From: Hormiphora californensis | Taxonomy: Eukaryota; Animalia; Ctenophora | Direction of reading: 5' to 3' | NCBI GenBank assembly: GCA_020137815.1 | Contig: CM035361.1 | Coordinates: 3,100,001 to 3,164,000, forward strand | Length of the DNA stretch: 64,000 nucleotides | Shown: piece after piece, positions 63,849-64,000 of the stretch | Position numbering within the stretch: position 1 is the first letter of the stretch | How the letters are laid out: each line of letters begins with the position of its first letter | The notes under the pieces: generated by a model | Told to the model about the DNA's origin: nothing | The model's input: only the letters and a program-made list of their open reading frames with translations | Databases searched by the model: none | Translations under genes and position numbers: made by a program

Positions 63849-64000
63849 CCTCATATATCTCTCTCTCCAAAGTGCTCTATATCTCCCGACTTCACCCTCC
63901 TTTACTGTACACTATATCTCTCTCCAAAGTGCTCTATATATCTCCCCGTTGCAGCGACATCTGGGAACCATCCTTTAAAACTCGATTCCACCTCCCTGAC

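Overview
Eukaryotic (invertebrate animal) genomic DNA, rich in AG microsatellites and DNA transposons, with uneven assembly quality: a homopolymer-junk block at about 8.6-11.9 kb and a 100-N gap at 36745-36844. From memory, the two abundant MITE families resemble those of the ctenophore Pleurobrachia; this is unverified. The main gene is a + strand Slo1/BK-type (KCNMA1-like) K+ channel that I reconstructed exon by exon with consistent splice phases (29 coding exons, 42044-62673, about 1166 aa). It covers S0-S6, the TVGYGD filter, RCK1, RCK2 and a divergent calcium bowl. Two features stand out. (1) A second, divergent N-terminus/S0 module at 30063-31603 ends at the same junction before S1, suggesting alternative first-exon modules. 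(2) Phase-compatible exons inside the S4-S5 intron (44494-44664, 45291-45576) would give a pore-less, voltage-sensor-only isoform with a Gly/Lys-rich tail. Both are inferences that need transcript data. An intact pogo-type transposon is inserted in a splice donor of the channel gene. Other content includes an inverted-duplicated piggyBac, foldback elements, hAT and Tc1/pogo MITE families, a probable minus-strand membrane-protein gene near the left end, and degenerate coding remnants.
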